Shown: in pieces, positions 19,186-28,458 of the stretch
Layout: the number at the start of each line of letters is the position of its first letter
How positions within the stretch are numbered: the first letter of the stretch is position 1
Assembly (NCBI GenBank): GCA_964559915.1
Contig: CAZLJP010000003.1
Span: 17,870 to 81,869 of the forward strand
DNA length: 64,000 bases
Direction: 5' to 3'
DNA from: an uncultured Candidatus Saccharibacteria bacterium
GTDB lineage: Bacteria > Patescibacteriota > Saccharimonadia > Saccharimonadales > JALRHH01
The notes under the pieces: generated by a model
Databases searched by the model: none
Seen by the model: only the letters and a program-made list of their open reading frames with translations
What the model was told of the DNA's origin: nothing
Translations under genes and position numbers: made by a program

Positions 19186-19726
19186 GATGGTTTCCAAACC
19201 ACTCGAGATAATACTGTAGTTCGGCAATACTGGCCTGGATATCGTCGAAGGCCCGGTGGACTTCTTTTTTCTCGAACTGTACGTTGTGTTTAGCCTGCAT
19301 CAAAACCTTCCAAGCGCTGACATCTAGCATACGATAATGCAGCAATTCGTCGACTTCTGGCCACCAACGCTTCACAAAATTACGGTCATTATGTATTGAA
19401 TTGCCTGCCATAACGGCTGGCTCGTCACCAAACTGCGCCTGGATAAAACCAACTAGTTCGTGCACGACATCACGCTCTGCTCGACCAATGGTGCGAACCC
19501 GCTCCGCTAGGCCACTTTTAGCATGTTGAGCCTTTGCCCACTCGTTTGAACGCTCTAGCACTGAATCCGGGTGATGGATAATAGCCTCGTAGCTCGCCAA
19601 TGTTTTGAAGTTCCAGTCTGTTACTTCAATGGCGACTTCAAGAATTACATCCTTGTGAGCATCAAGCCCCGTCATCTCCAAATCTACCCAGAGTAGCTTG
19701 GTTGGTACCGCGTTTTTATCAATCAT
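19175..19726 (-). CDS. orn: Oligoribonuclease
   Basis: LWVDLEMTGLD (Exo I), NSIHNDRNF, DEDDh layout. 183 aa. Confidence 0.85.
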   Translation of the reverse strand: MIDKNAVPTKLLWVDLEMTGLDAHKDVILEVAIEVTDWNFKTLASYEAIIHHPDSVLERSNEWAKAQHAKSGLAERVRTIGRAERDVVHELVGFIQAQFGDEPAVMAGNSIHNDRNFVKRWWPEVDELLHYRMLDVSAWKVLMQAKHNVQFEKKEVHRAFDDIQASIAELQYYLEWFGNHHES

Positions 19727-19765
19727 TACTGCAAGTATACCATTTAGGTGTAGTAGTATTGAGGT

Positions 19766-20518
19766 ATGCGAAAGAAAGAAGTTCTGCTTATTATCTCAAT
19801 TGCCTTGGTAGTTATTGCTGGGCCGGCCTACATTTTACTTCGTGACAAGCCTATCCAGCCGGCACCACAGCCAGCCAAGACTGCCGACACAACACCTGCT
19901 GAAAAACCCGACAGCCGACCAGCACCAGCCAGTTTTAATAAAAATAAGTATTCGTACAATGATGTCACCAGCATCTGGGTGGTGGTAAACAAACAGCGGC
20001 CACTTAGTCCTCAGACCTATGCCCCAGCTGATTTAGTAAGTGTAGGTGGCGGTCAGCAAATACGAGCCGAAGCGGCGGCGGCCTTGCAGCAACTTGTTGC
20101 AGGTGCCAAACAACAAAACTTAGCAATAGCTGCACTAAGCGGCTACCGTTCATACAATACGCAGGTTTCTGTCTACAACGCCGAGGTAAAAAACTATGGT
20201 CAAGCCGTGGCTGACTCAGAAAGTGCCCGGCCTGGCACCAGTGAACACCAAACCGGCCTGGCAATTGATGTTGGTGGAGGTGGCTGTGGTATTGAGGACT
20301 GTTTTGGCAACACAGCGGAGGGTAAATGGCTGGCGGCACATGCCTATGAATACGGATTTATCATCCGCTACACTTCGGACAAGCAAGCTATTACTGGCTA
20401 CCGTGCTGAGCCGTGGCATATCCGTTATATTGGTGTCGAATTGTCCGGTGAAATGCACAAACAAGGCATCACCACGCTGGAAGAGTTCTTTGGCCTACCC
20501 GCCGCCCCAAATTACTAG
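19766..20518 (+). CDS. VanY/M15B-type D-Ala-D-Ala carboxypeptidase
   Basis: N-terminal anchor, SEHQTGLAIDV and EPWHIRY zinc-peptidase motifs. Confidence 0.8.
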   Translation: MRKKEVLLIISIALVVIAGPAYILLRDKPIQPAPQPAKTADTTPAEKPDSRPAPASFNKNKYSYNDVTSIWVVVNKQRPLSPQTYAPADLVSVGGGQQIRAEAAAALQQLVAGAKQQNLAIAALSGYRSYNTQVSVYNAEVKNYGQAVADSESARPGTSEHQTGLAIDVGGGGCGIEDCFGNTAEGKWLAAHAYEYGFIIRYTSDKQAITGYRAEPWHIRYIGVELSGEMHKQGITTLEEFFGLPAAPNY

Positions 20519-20528
20519 GCCTCGCGTG

Positions 20529-21104
20529 TTATTTGGCAGCCTTGAGAGCATCTGCGAACCAGACTAGTTGTTCAGCCTGGCTCTTGAGGGCTGTTTGTGG
20601 ACCATAAGGATTGCTCGCAATCTCCTCATGCAGCTTACCATCCTCGGTAATAACATCTCCGACTCGATGGTTAAAATAGATAGCTTGGGGGATAGTAACC
20701 GCGCCGACACCAGGTAAGGCATTTCGCAGATTACCGACCGCTTGGGCGCCACCGGTTGTCCCGTGGCCAACAAGTGCTACCGGTTTTTGTTCCAGCTGAT
20801 AGTCCAGAAAATCAATGGCATTCTTGAGTACTCCTGATACTGAGCGATTGTACTCAGGTGTGACTAGTACATAGCCGTCGAATTGCGCAAGCTTATCAAG
20901 CCATTTCTTTGGCGCGGCTTCTGGTTCCCTGTCGGGGTTGTAGCGCGGGCTGACTGGCTCTTCGAAGAATGGCAAGTCATAGTCTTTGAGGTCGATTATT
21001 TCTACCTCTGCATTCTTCTTAACTTCTTCTGCTACCCAAGTAGCCAAGCGGTCTGTTACGCGGCCTTCCCGTGTGGTACCAATAATTACGGCAATTTTTG
21101 TCAT
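20529..21104 (-). CDS. NADPH-dependent FMN reductase family protein
   Basis: MTKIAVIIGTTREGR N-terminus and PEYNRSVSGVLKNAIDFL. Confidence 0.8.
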   Translation of the reverse strand: MTKIAVIIGTTREGRVTDRLATWVAEEVKKNAEVEIIDLKDYDLPFFEEPVSPRYNPDREPEAAPKKWLDKLAQFDGYVLVTPEYNRSVSGVLKNAIDFLDYQLEQKPVALVGHGTTGGAQAVGNLRNALPGVGAVTIPQAIYFNHRVGDVITEDGKLHEEIASNPYGPQTALKSQAEQLVWFADALKAAK

Positions 21105-21133
21105 AGTGTCTATCTCCTTTTATGATATACTTT

Positions 21134-21168
21134 GTATAGTAATCTCTAGTATAGAGCCATTACTATAC
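21134..21168. promoter_or_regulatory. Candidate HxlR operator (10-bp perfect inverted repeat)
   Basis: GTATAGTAAT (21134-21143) and ATTACTATAC (21159-21168) in the 75-nt divergent region between the FMN reductase and hxlR-family genes. Confidence 0.35.
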
Positions 21169-21179
21169 TTTGTAAAGCT

Positions 21180-21512
21180 ATGAAAATTACCCCTGTTACA
21201 GAACCACGAACTGGCTGCATTGCATCAGCCATGGAAATAATTGGCAACAAATGGACAGCCCTTATTCTACGTGACCTGACAAGTGGACCGAAACGATTCA
21301 CCGAACTAGAGAAATCAGTTGGCGGCATTAATCCGCGTACCCTATCACAAAGGCTTGATGACTTAGAACAGCACGGTATTATTACCAAACAATCGTTTGC
21401 AGAAGTACCTCCTCGTTGCGAGTACAATCTGACTGAAAAAGGACAGGATTTGATTCCTGTCCTCGAACAAATGGCCACGTGGGGCAATAAGCACTACGAC
21501 ATAGGTCGCTAA
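21180..21512 (+). CDS. HxlR-family transcriptional regulator
   Basis: CIASAMEIIGNKWTALILRDL, PRCEYNLTEKG wing. Confidence 0.8.
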   Translation: MKITPVTEPRTGCIASAMEIIGNKWTALILRDLTSGPKRFTELEKSVGGINPRTLSQRLDDLEQHGIITKQSFAEVPPRCEYNLTEKGQDLIPVLEQMATWGNKHYDIGR

Positions 21513-21518
21513 AAAGCC

Positions 21519-21917
21519 CTACTCTTTTGGTGTAAAGCCAAGGCAGGCTGAATTAATACAGTAGTGCTTGCCACCATCTGGAGCGTCATCAGCATCAAAA
21601 ACATGGCCGAGGTGTGCACCGCAATTTTTGCATACTACCTCTGTGCGAGCCATACCCAAGGCGTCATCGGCACGCAATTCTACTGCATCGTTGGTGGCCG
21701 GGTCAGCAAAACTGGGCCAACCAACTAATCCTGGCGTTCGTGATTCGTACTTGGCATCACTTTTGAATAACTCCACGCCGCAATTAACACAGGTATACAT
21801 GCCTGTTTCGCTATGATTCAGGTATTGCCCGCTACCTGGTGCTTCGGTCCCCTTCTCAAACAGGACGTGCTTTTGCTCGTCAGTCAGATTTGGATTTTGT
21901 TGTTTTGGTTCGGACAT
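21519..21917 (-). CDS. msrB: Peptide-methionine (R)-S-oxide reductase
   Basis: CVNCG and CKNCGAHLGHVF motifs. Start moved to MSEPKQQ (GGAGG 5-6 nt upstream). Confidence 0.85.
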   Translation of the reverse strand: MSEPKQQNPNLTDEQKHVLFEKGTEAPGSGQYLNHSETGMYTCVNCGVELFKSDAKYESRTPGLVGWPSFADPATNDAVELRADDALGMARTEVVCKNCGAHLGHVFDADDAPDGGKHYCINSACLGFTPKE

Positions 21918-22194
21918 CTTTACCTCCCCACTTCCATCTAGGTGGTTCACCGTACTTGAATGAAATATATACTAACGCCGCTACATCAACTACGATAATT
22001 GCCACAAATAGTGATATGGCTCCGCTGGATGGCTGCTCAGTTCCGACAGGAACCAACAATGTTAACAAAGCAATCAGCCAGATAGCAACAAACAGCAGAA
22101 AACTCAGCCACCCCTTAAAATTAAGTGGCAGCCCCCATCCCCAACCGTATTTTTTGACTTTGAACCAGTACTCCGGCTGCTGCTTTTTTGGCAT
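21880..22194 (-). CDS. Hypothetical small membrane protein (104 aa)
   Basis: Two TM helices. Its 3' end overlaps the msrB 5' end by 38 nt. Confidence 0.5.
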   Translation of the reverse strand: MPKKQQPEYWFKVKKYGWGWGLPLNFKGWLSFLLFVAIWLIALLTLLVPVGTEQPSSGAISLFVAIIVVDVAALVYISFKYGEPPRWKWGGKDVRTKTTKSKSD

Positions 22195-22484
22195 TACTTC
22201 TTCTTTTTAGCAGTTTGGCGTGTCTTCTTGTACAAAAGCTGACGAGCAAATACAACGATTATCAACAATAGCTCTAGGCCAACAAGTGCCAGTGCGTATG
22301 CTGCTGCTGGGATGTAAAAATCAGCTGCCACGATTGGCTGAGCTGCGTCGCTAGGTACACCTATACGATTGGCCAACGGTGCAGCAATCTGAGCTAAAAA
22401 CTGAAACGTCAAAAAGCCGATAACTGTCGCTACACTAATAGCTGCGATATCTCTTCGGAGTAAAATTCTCTCTATAATTGTCAT
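22194..22484 (-). CDS. Hypothetical small membrane protein (96 aa)
   Basis: Two or three hydrophobic helices, Lys-rich C-terminus. 1-nt overlap with the downstream gene. Confidence 0.5.
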   Translation of the reverse strand: MTIIERILLRRDIAAISVATVIGFLTFQFLAQIAAPLANRIGVPSDAAQPIVAADFYIPAAAYALALVGLELLLIIVVFARQLLYKKTRQTAKKKK

Positions 22485-22493
22485 GTTTGTATC

Positions 22494-22865
22494 CTAACCC
22501 TTCTTTTTATCTAACTTATCAAGCTTAGCAATATGGACCAACTGGTAGATTACAAAGGCGGTTGCCAATAATGTGATTGTAGCCGATAGGATTGCGCCCC
22601 AGCCAAATACTAGCTCCTTATCAGCATTAGTGAGACCTGTGTGCCACTGCAATTTCTCCAGGCTGACACCACCTACCAAGAATCCAACGATAGGGTTGAT
22701 GAAGTTATCGACAATTGATTTAACCGCTGCACCAGCTGAAGTACCAATTGCCAGACCGACTGCCAAGCCAACGACTCCCTGCTCACGCACAAAGGTGGTA
22801 AACCCAGAGCTGTGTCCTTTTAGCTTACTTGCACTTGCTATGACCTTTTTCTTGGCTTGCGCCAT
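22494..22865 (-). CDS. mscL: Large-conductance mechanosensitive channel
   Basis: FVREQGVVGLAVGLAIGTSAGAAVKSIVDNFINPIVG is the conserved MscL TM1 region. Confidence 0.85.
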   Translation of the reverse strand: MAQAKKKVIASASKLKGHSSGFTTFVREQGVVGLAVGLAIGTSAGAAVKSIVDNFINPIVGFLVGGVSLEKLQWHTGLTNADKELVFGWGAILSATITLLATAFVIYQLVHIAKLDKLDKKKG

Positions 22866-22950
22866 ACTACTACTCCTTATAACTTACTCTAGCACTTATG
22901 ATACAACGAATCGTTCAGCAATCAACGTGCTATCAGATAAGCACACCATG

Positions 22951-24438
22951 TTATTGCGTATGTAGATTGAGGAAATCATCGGCTCGATAGTACATAATGC
23001 GCTTTTGGTCTGGATCAAGCCGATGTAGCCGCTGCACAATACTACGCATGCCAGGCTTTGTTTTGAGCACCGCTTCGTGGCGCTCGATAAATTTCCAGTA
23101 CAAGCCGTCCCACACATTAGCCCACTCACCTCTTGTGTAGTCGCTTTTATCCATCAACATTTTGCTGGTACCGATGTACGGGCCGCCTTCTAGTGTGGTG
23201 TCGTCTGCAAACTGTCCGAGCGCATAGATATTTGGTACTAATGACCAGTCTTGAGTATCAACGCACAACTCCTTAAACCACCGGTAGATATCGCCAGGTG
23301 TGATTTCACATAATGTCATGAGGGTAGCAGCAACATGTAGGCGTTCACTATCGTGCAAATAACCACGGGATAGCGCCTTTTTGACCACATCGTCATAGAT
23401 TGGTATACCGGTATCACCGGTATACCAAGCAGCCGTTAGGCGGCGGCGGGCTTGTAGCGGATTAGCTTGGCGCAGTTCAGGGCCGCCAACCAAGGAAATA
23501 CCGCGAGTAAACTCGCGCTGACCCAAAATACGGCGAATGAATAATTCTAGGCTAGTGAGTGGTACTGGTTCTGCCGCATGTCGTGCCAGCGCAGCACTGA
23601 CCACTTGTTGTGGGCTTAGCAGGCCAGTATTAAGACTGCTGCTGAGCGCACTGTGATGCAGCCAGGGCGCCTGGCTGTCAATACGGTCATTCTGGGCTGC
23701 AAAGTTGTTCAGCCGATGATGGACAAAATCCTTGAGCCACTGCGCGGCCTCAGCATGGCTAGTGGGCCAGATACAGTCGCTACTGCCAGGATTATCCGGG
23801 AAGTGCTTGGCAACATATTGCGACGCATCAGCTACCCACTTATTGTCGCCAAACACGGGAAAACTTGGCAGCGCCTGATGCGATGCTGGCAGCTTGTCGG
23901 TTATCATCCAGCTACCCCCGACTGGTTTGTAATCGTCAACCAATATGTTGAAACGCTCACGTTGCCACTGATAGAACTCAACAAATGGGTGTGCGTGCCG
24001 CTCGGTAAAATACTGCCTGATTTCTTGCTCTTTTAGATAGAAGTTAGGGCTGGGCAAAAATTGGATTGCTGGCGCATCCTCACCCAACGTTCGGCGAGCA
24101 GCCAGCAGCCCTTTGGTCAAAATCTCATTGCTTGGATCAAACACCATAAGCTGCTCAGAACGACGAACCTTACGCAGCACATCGGTCAGTTGCAACAATG
24201 GGTCAAGTTCTATGTATTCGACTTTTACGCCGGTTGGCCACAATACCTCCTCCACATAGCGACGCATACTGGCCCGCATAGAGATGAGTTTTTGTTTATG
24301 CAGCTGGAGGCGATGGTCCGGGTCAAGCCCAAATGACAAAGAGTCTTCGACCACGATTACCGTATCAACATCAGGCAAATCCTTGGTTGGATACAGCTGA
24401 TGTGGGAATAAAAGCAGTGAGGCTTTAGATGAACTCAT
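22951..24438 (-). CDS. Cryptochrome/photolyase-related protein (DPRP-like)
   Basis: 495 aa. N-terminal LLLFPHQLY and C-terminal FAD-binding-like region resemble the deoxyribodipyrimidine photolyase-related family. Only 3 Cys, so not an Fe-S type. Confidence 0.65.
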   Translation of the reverse strand: MSSSKASLLLFPHQLYPTKDLPDVDTVIVVEDSLSFGLDPDHRLQLHKQKLISMRASMRRYVEEVLWPTGVKVEYIELDPLLQLTDVLRKVRRSEQLMVFDPSNEILTKGLLAARRTLGEDAPAIQFLPSPNFYLKEQEIRQYFTERHAHPFVEFYQWQRERFNILVDDYKPVGGSWMITDKLPASHQALPSFPVFGDNKWVADASQYVAKHFPDNPGSSDCIWPTSHAEAAQWLKDFVHHRLNNFAAQNDRIDSQAPWLHHSALSSSLNTGLLSPQQVVSAALARHAAEPVPLTSLELFIRRILGQREFTRGISLVGGPELRQANPLQARRRLTAAWYTGDTGIPIYDDVVKKALSRGYLHDSERLHVAATLMTLCEITPGDIYRWFKELCVDTQDWSLVPNIYALGQFADDTTLEGGPYIGTSKMLMDKSDYTRGEWANVWDGLYWKFIERHEAVLKTKPGMRSIVQRLHRLDPDQKRIMYYRADDFLNLHTQ

Positions 24439-24471
24439 TACGCTTATTCTTACAAATAAGCGCGTAAAAAG

Positions 24472-25134
24472 CTAGGCCACTTGAGCTTGTGGGATATGAA
24501 GTCCGCATTCGGACTTAGTATCAAGTAGCCGCCCCTCTCGTCCCTTGCCTGGTTGGACTAGCGGTTTGTCATCTATCGATTCATAACCCTGATGATACAG
24601 CGGATGATACGGCAGGTCTTCGGCTACAAAGTATTCCTTCACAACCTGCTTTGGCCAGTGTACGACCGGATGGATACGCCACTCGTCGTCTCTGCCCACA
24701 AATCCGTGAGCGTTTTCGGCTCTATTTGCAGTCTGGTCCGCTCTAATACCCGTTAGTAGTGCGTCCACCTCTAACTCATTAATGGCTTCAGATAGCGGGT
24801 TAAGCTTAGTGTGCCGACGGTATGCACTCAAATCCTTTTCCCATAGTTGTGTGGCAAAAATAGTGTCGATAACAAGGTCGTCTGGACGATAGCTAATAGC
24901 AGTAAATCCCAAACGTTTCTCTAGGTTTTGCCTGTGAACATGCGTTTCGGGCAACCAAAAGCCCGTATCTATAGTAATAATGGGTACTTCTACGCCGCTC
25001 TTTTGAATGAGTGTTGGCAGCAACGCAGACTCTGCGCCAAAACTTGATAGTGCATATAACCCCTCTCCAAAATCTTCGCGAGATTGACGGATTACCTCTA
25101 TTGAGTATTCTTCATATTCTTTGTAATGTGACAT
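24472..25134 (-). CDS. cysH: Phosphoadenosine phosphosulfate (PAPS/APS) reductase
   Basis: SSFGAESALL, ITIDTGFWLPETH, LTGIRADQ, YHPLYHQGYESIDD and C-terminal ECGLH catalytic motif. AGGAG RBS. Confidence 0.8.
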   Translation of the reverse strand: MSHYKEYEEYSIEVIRQSREDFGEGLYALSSFGAESALLPTLIQKSGVEVPIITIDTGFWLPETHVHRQNLEKRLGFTAISYRPDDLVIDTIFATQLWEKDLSAYRRHTKLNPLSEAINELEVDALLTGIRADQTANRAENAHGFVGRDDEWRIHPVVHWPKQVVKEYFVAEDLPYHPLYHQGYESIDDKPLVQPGKGREGRLLDTKSECGLHIPQAQVA

Positions 25135-25157
25135 TGTTTTCTCCTAAATATATAAAA

Positions 25158-25185
25158 AGACCCCTTGGCTGTTGCCGTGGGGTCT
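25158..25185 (-). terminator. Intrinsic terminator / candidate attenuator between argS and cysH
   Basis: Minus strand reads AGACCCC-(14-nt loop)-GGGGTCT followed by TTTTTATATATTT. The T-run ends about 10 nt before the cysH RBS. Confidence 0.6.
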
Positions 25186-25207
25186 TCTAGGAATCTAGGT
25201 GTAAATA

Positions 25208-25276
25208 TTATGAATCACAGCAACAGCAAGAACAGTTGTCCATGCAACACATCATTACTGTTGTGGTTTGTTTCAT
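25208..25276 (-). CDS. Polycysteine micro-ORF (22 codons), candidate leader peptide
   Basis: ATG..TAA encodes MKQTTTVMMCCMDNCSCCCCDS (7 Cys). Starts 14 nt after the argS stop with no clear SD. Below the ORF-track size cut-off. Confidence 0.35.
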   Translation of the reverse strand: MKQTTTVMMCCMDNCSCCCCDS

Positions 25277-25290
25277 AGTTTTAGTGTACA

Positions 25291-26973
25291 TCACATTTTT
25301 TCTGGTGCAACAATACCTAGAAGACCGAGGCCATCTTTCAGGGTATCAGCATAGGTGCGTACGAGACTTAGACGCTCTGCTTCACGGACATCACCAATAA
25401 CCCGGTTCTGCTCGTAAAAACGATTAAAGGTCTGCGCAAGTTCATATAGATAGGTGCAAATGTGGTGCGGCATTAAACTGGCAGTTGCATTAGCGACTAC
25501 CTCGGGGTATTCAGTCAATTTACGTACCAAACTACGCTCACCTGCTTCAAGACTATTTACAGAAATACCTTTCTGGGCAGCTTTAGCCAGAATACTTCGC
25601 GCACGAGCATGTGCGTACTGCAGGTACGGCCCACTATTACCTTCCAACGCCACTGATTCGAGAGGGTCATATACAACATCGGCGCCTATGCGGTTTTTGA
25701 GGAAGGCATATTTAACTGCTGCAAGAATTATGGATTCGTCTTGTGCCTTGCCACTAGCCTGGCCAGCTTCACGGGCAGCCGCCAAGATATCCAACGCACT
25801 GACAATATTGCCTTTACGGCTACTCATCTTTACACCACCAGACAGCTTAACTACGCCGTGCGTCAGGTGTTGCGTGCGACTAATTGGCTCGGGCTGAAAC
25901 TGCTCAATGCTTTTGAGTACAACTTGCATGTATTGGTCTTGTTCGTTGGCGGTAATCACGATTGAGTGGTCAAATCGATAATCGTTCCATTTTGTTTCCA
26001 ACAGGCCAACTTCCTTAGCCTCGTAGGTTGGCAAACCTTCTGAGTTGATAAATACGCGGGTATGTAGCCCGTAGTCCTCGCCATTGAACACCACTGCGCC
26101 GTCACTTTTGATGTATACCTCAGGGTGTTCTACGACCGTAGCAATGCCCAGCGGGGTCACTTCGCTCTCGGGTATGGTCCGTGTGAACGGAATTACGCCG
26201 AGTTGATTATACAAAGTCTTGAAGTAATCGTAGCTCCATTGTCGAACAGCCCAATATATCTGCGCAAACGCCGATTCATGGTCATTATCAGCATGGATTG
26301 CATACACTTTCTTGTTTACAGCAATAATTTCTGCCCTGGCAGTTTCGTCATCTTCATAAGCATTGTTGCCTTGAACGTACATCTCACCCAACCAGGCATT
26401 CTTGTCACGTAATATCCGGACGTCTCCGGCTGCACCAATACCCAGTTTTTCTGGATACTCGCCTTCCAAGTATTTGATAATAGCCCATAAACTTTTGCCT
26501 ACGTGCAGGCCTACATCACCACCGTAGTTCAGACGAATCGTCTCTGCTCCGCTACGCTCAATCAGGCGTGCAATAGCATCACCAACCAGTGTGGTGTACA
26601 GATGGCCCGCATGAAGTGGCTTCAATGGATTGGGGTCAGAATATTCTACTAACACCTTCTGCTTGGATGGCTCCGGGATAGATAACACTGATTCTAAGTC
26701 TATGAGTAATGCTTCATCAGTAAGTGTAATGTTCAAGAAACCTGGTCCCGCTACCTCGATACTTTTCACGGTTTTCACAGAGTTTTCACGAATTTTCACG
26801 GCCAGAGCTTCTGCGATTTCGCGGGGGTTCTTGCCCACTTGTTTGCTCAGCTGCAAAGCAATGTTGGTCGCATACTCACCAAATTGTTCATCCGGACGTG
26901 TCAGTTCAGGCTCAACAGTAATGCTGAACAAATCTGTACATGCAGTTGCAATAGCCCGACGAATCTCTTTCAT
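25291..26973 (-). CDS. argS: Arginine--tRNA ligase
   Basis: 560 aa, class I HAGH signature (PLHAGHLYTT), KMSSRKG loop, anticodon-binding C-terminus. Confidence 0.95.
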   Translation of the reverse strand: MKEIRRAIATACTDLFSITVEPELTRPDEQFGEYATNIALQLSKQVGKNPREIAEALAVKIRENSVKTVKSIEVAGPGFLNITLTDEALLIDLESVLSIPEPSKQKVLVEYSDPNPLKPLHAGHLYTTLVGDAIARLIERSGAETIRLNYGGDVGLHVGKSLWAIIKYLEGEYPEKLGIGAAGDVRILRDKNAWLGEMYVQGNNAYEDDETARAEIIAVNKKVYAIHADNDHESAFAQIYWAVRQWSYDYFKTLYNQLGVIPFTRTIPESEVTPLGIATVVEHPEVYIKSDGAVVFNGEDYGLHTRVFINSEGLPTYEAKEVGLLETKWNDYRFDHSIVITANEQDQYMQVVLKSIEQFQPEPISRTQHLTHGVVKLSGGVKMSSRKGNIVSALDILAAAREAGQASGKAQDESIILAAVKYAFLKNRIGADVVYDPLESVALEGNSGPYLQYAHARARSILAKAAQKGISVNSLEAGERSLVRKLTEYPEVVANATASLMPHHICTYLYELAQTFNRFYEQNRVIGDVREAERLSLVRTYADTLKDGLGLLGIVAPEKM

Positions 26974-26993
26974 GTTAGAGGTATTGTATCAGA

Positions 26994-27776
26994 TTAGCGA
27001 CGGAATATTTTGAGGGTACGCAGGATTTCCCAGGCCAAGAAATAAAACGCAGTAATCAGCAATGTAAACGAAGCTGTCACCACAAATGCCTGGGGATGCT
27101 GTAGGGGGTGCAGAATATCATCAGAGACATCAAACAACAGGCCGGCTGGGTTGAACAACGCATCCCAGCTATTCCAACGCAAGACACGCCCGAGGTAAAT
27201 TGCGTAGCTTGATAGCACAAACACCCCTGTTATTAGCACCATTGCTACGCGCACGCTGACTCGCTGCAACAACTCGCGGTGCACAAAGAATGTACCAATA
27301 AAGCCGGCGATGAAGCCGTTGAAGATGAATGAAGTAAATAGAACTGCATCGAAGATGATACTTACTTCACCCGTTTGGTGAACATGGATTAAATCGCTCA
27401 CCATATAAAAACTATTAGGCAAAAAGCCAAGCCACAGCAATGTGAGCAGTAGATTGCCCCACTGATTCCAAGTAGTGCGCTGTAATCGCACGGCTAGGCG
27501 CCAAGCGATAAGTGGTGCAATCCAAGCCAATACCAGATTCCAGAGCATGAACCAGTAGCGATTGTTCTCTGCTCCGATGAACCGTAGCCCAAACAATAGA
27601 ACACTAACCGTATTCGTAAGAATCAGGGCGTAAATAATACGTCGGAAACGATGGGCCTGCAGACGTACAGGCAGTCGCTTGACCTCACCACCCATAGCTG
27701 TGGCTGACCCAGTAATGGCTCGCCATCGTGCTGTCTGCCGCCCGTTCATGCCATCAGTATACGCTAGTGCGGGCAT
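26994..27776 (-). CDS. DUF1361-like integral membrane protein
   Basis: LPNSFYMVSDLIHV and YLGRVLRWNSWD resemble DUF1361 signatures. Six or more TM helices. Confidence 0.6.
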   Translation of the reverse strand: MPALAYTDGMNGRQTARWRAITGSATAMGGEVKRLPVRLQAHRFRRIIYALILTNTVSVLLFGLRFIGAENNRYWFMLWNLVLAWIAPLIAWRLAVRLQRTTWNQWGNLLLTLLWLGFLPNSFYMVSDLIHVHQTGEVSIIFDAVLFTSFIFNGFIAGFIGTFFVHRELLQRVSVRVAMVLITGVFVLSSYAIYLGRVLRWNSWDALFNPAGLLFDVSDDILHPLQHPQAFVVTASFTLLITAFYFLAWEILRTLKIFRR

Positions 27777-27808
27777 AAACTCTGTTCCTACGGTATACTA
27801 GGAGCTAA

Positions 27809-28456
27809 ATGAAACTATTGAATACTTTTTTGGATGCCGCCCGCACCATCGTGCGTGGCTGGATGCACCTGTTGGCAACCTTGCTCAACACCCTGTCTGG
27901 CGGCAAGCTCAGTCCTAACGCTGTAACTATTTTGGCACTGCTGATGCACCTACCAATTGGCTGGTTGATTGCCACCAATCACTATTGGTGGGCAGCAATT
28001 TTACTACTTGTATTTGGGCTATTCGATGCCCTGGATGGTGCTCTAGCCCGCCTACAAAAACGTGCCGGTAACGCTGGTATGTTATTGGACGCAACGACCG
28101 ACCGCATTAAAGAAACTATCCTATATTGTGGTGTTGCCTATAGTCTGGCCTCTGGCAATAACCCCAAGCTAGCTGTTTGGGCAGTAGCCGCCTGTGGTGC
28201 TAGCCTGTGTGTTAGTTACGTAAAAGCCAAGGGTGAAACGGCTGTCAGTGGCCAAAAACTATCGCCCAACGAAGTGAATCGCCTCTTTCAGGATGGATTA
28301 CTACGTTTTGAAATCAGAATGACCATTCTCATCCTTGGCCTGGCACTTGATGTGCTGGCACCCGCAGTCATCATCATCGCAGTATTTTCAACCTTCACAG
28401 CTATTGGCAGATTAATTTCTATCACCAAATATCTGCTCAGTAGTGAAGCGAAGTAG
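27809..28456 (+). CDS. CDP-alcohol phosphatidyltransferase family protein
   Basis: Signature D-G-x2-A-R-x8-G-x3-D-x3-D, seen as FDALDGALARLQKRAGNAGMLLDATTDR. Confidence 0.85.
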   Translation: MKLLNTFLDAARTIVRGWMHLLATLLNTLSGGKLSPNAVTILALLMHLPIGWLIATNHYWWAAILLLVFGLFDALDGALARLQKRAGNAGMLLDATTDRIKETILYCGVAYSLASGNNPKLAVWAVAACGASLCVSYVKAKGETAVSGQKLSPNEVNRLFQDGLLRFEIRMTILILGLALDVLAPAVIIIAVFSTFTAIGRLISITKYLLSSEAK

Positions 28457-28458
28457 CT

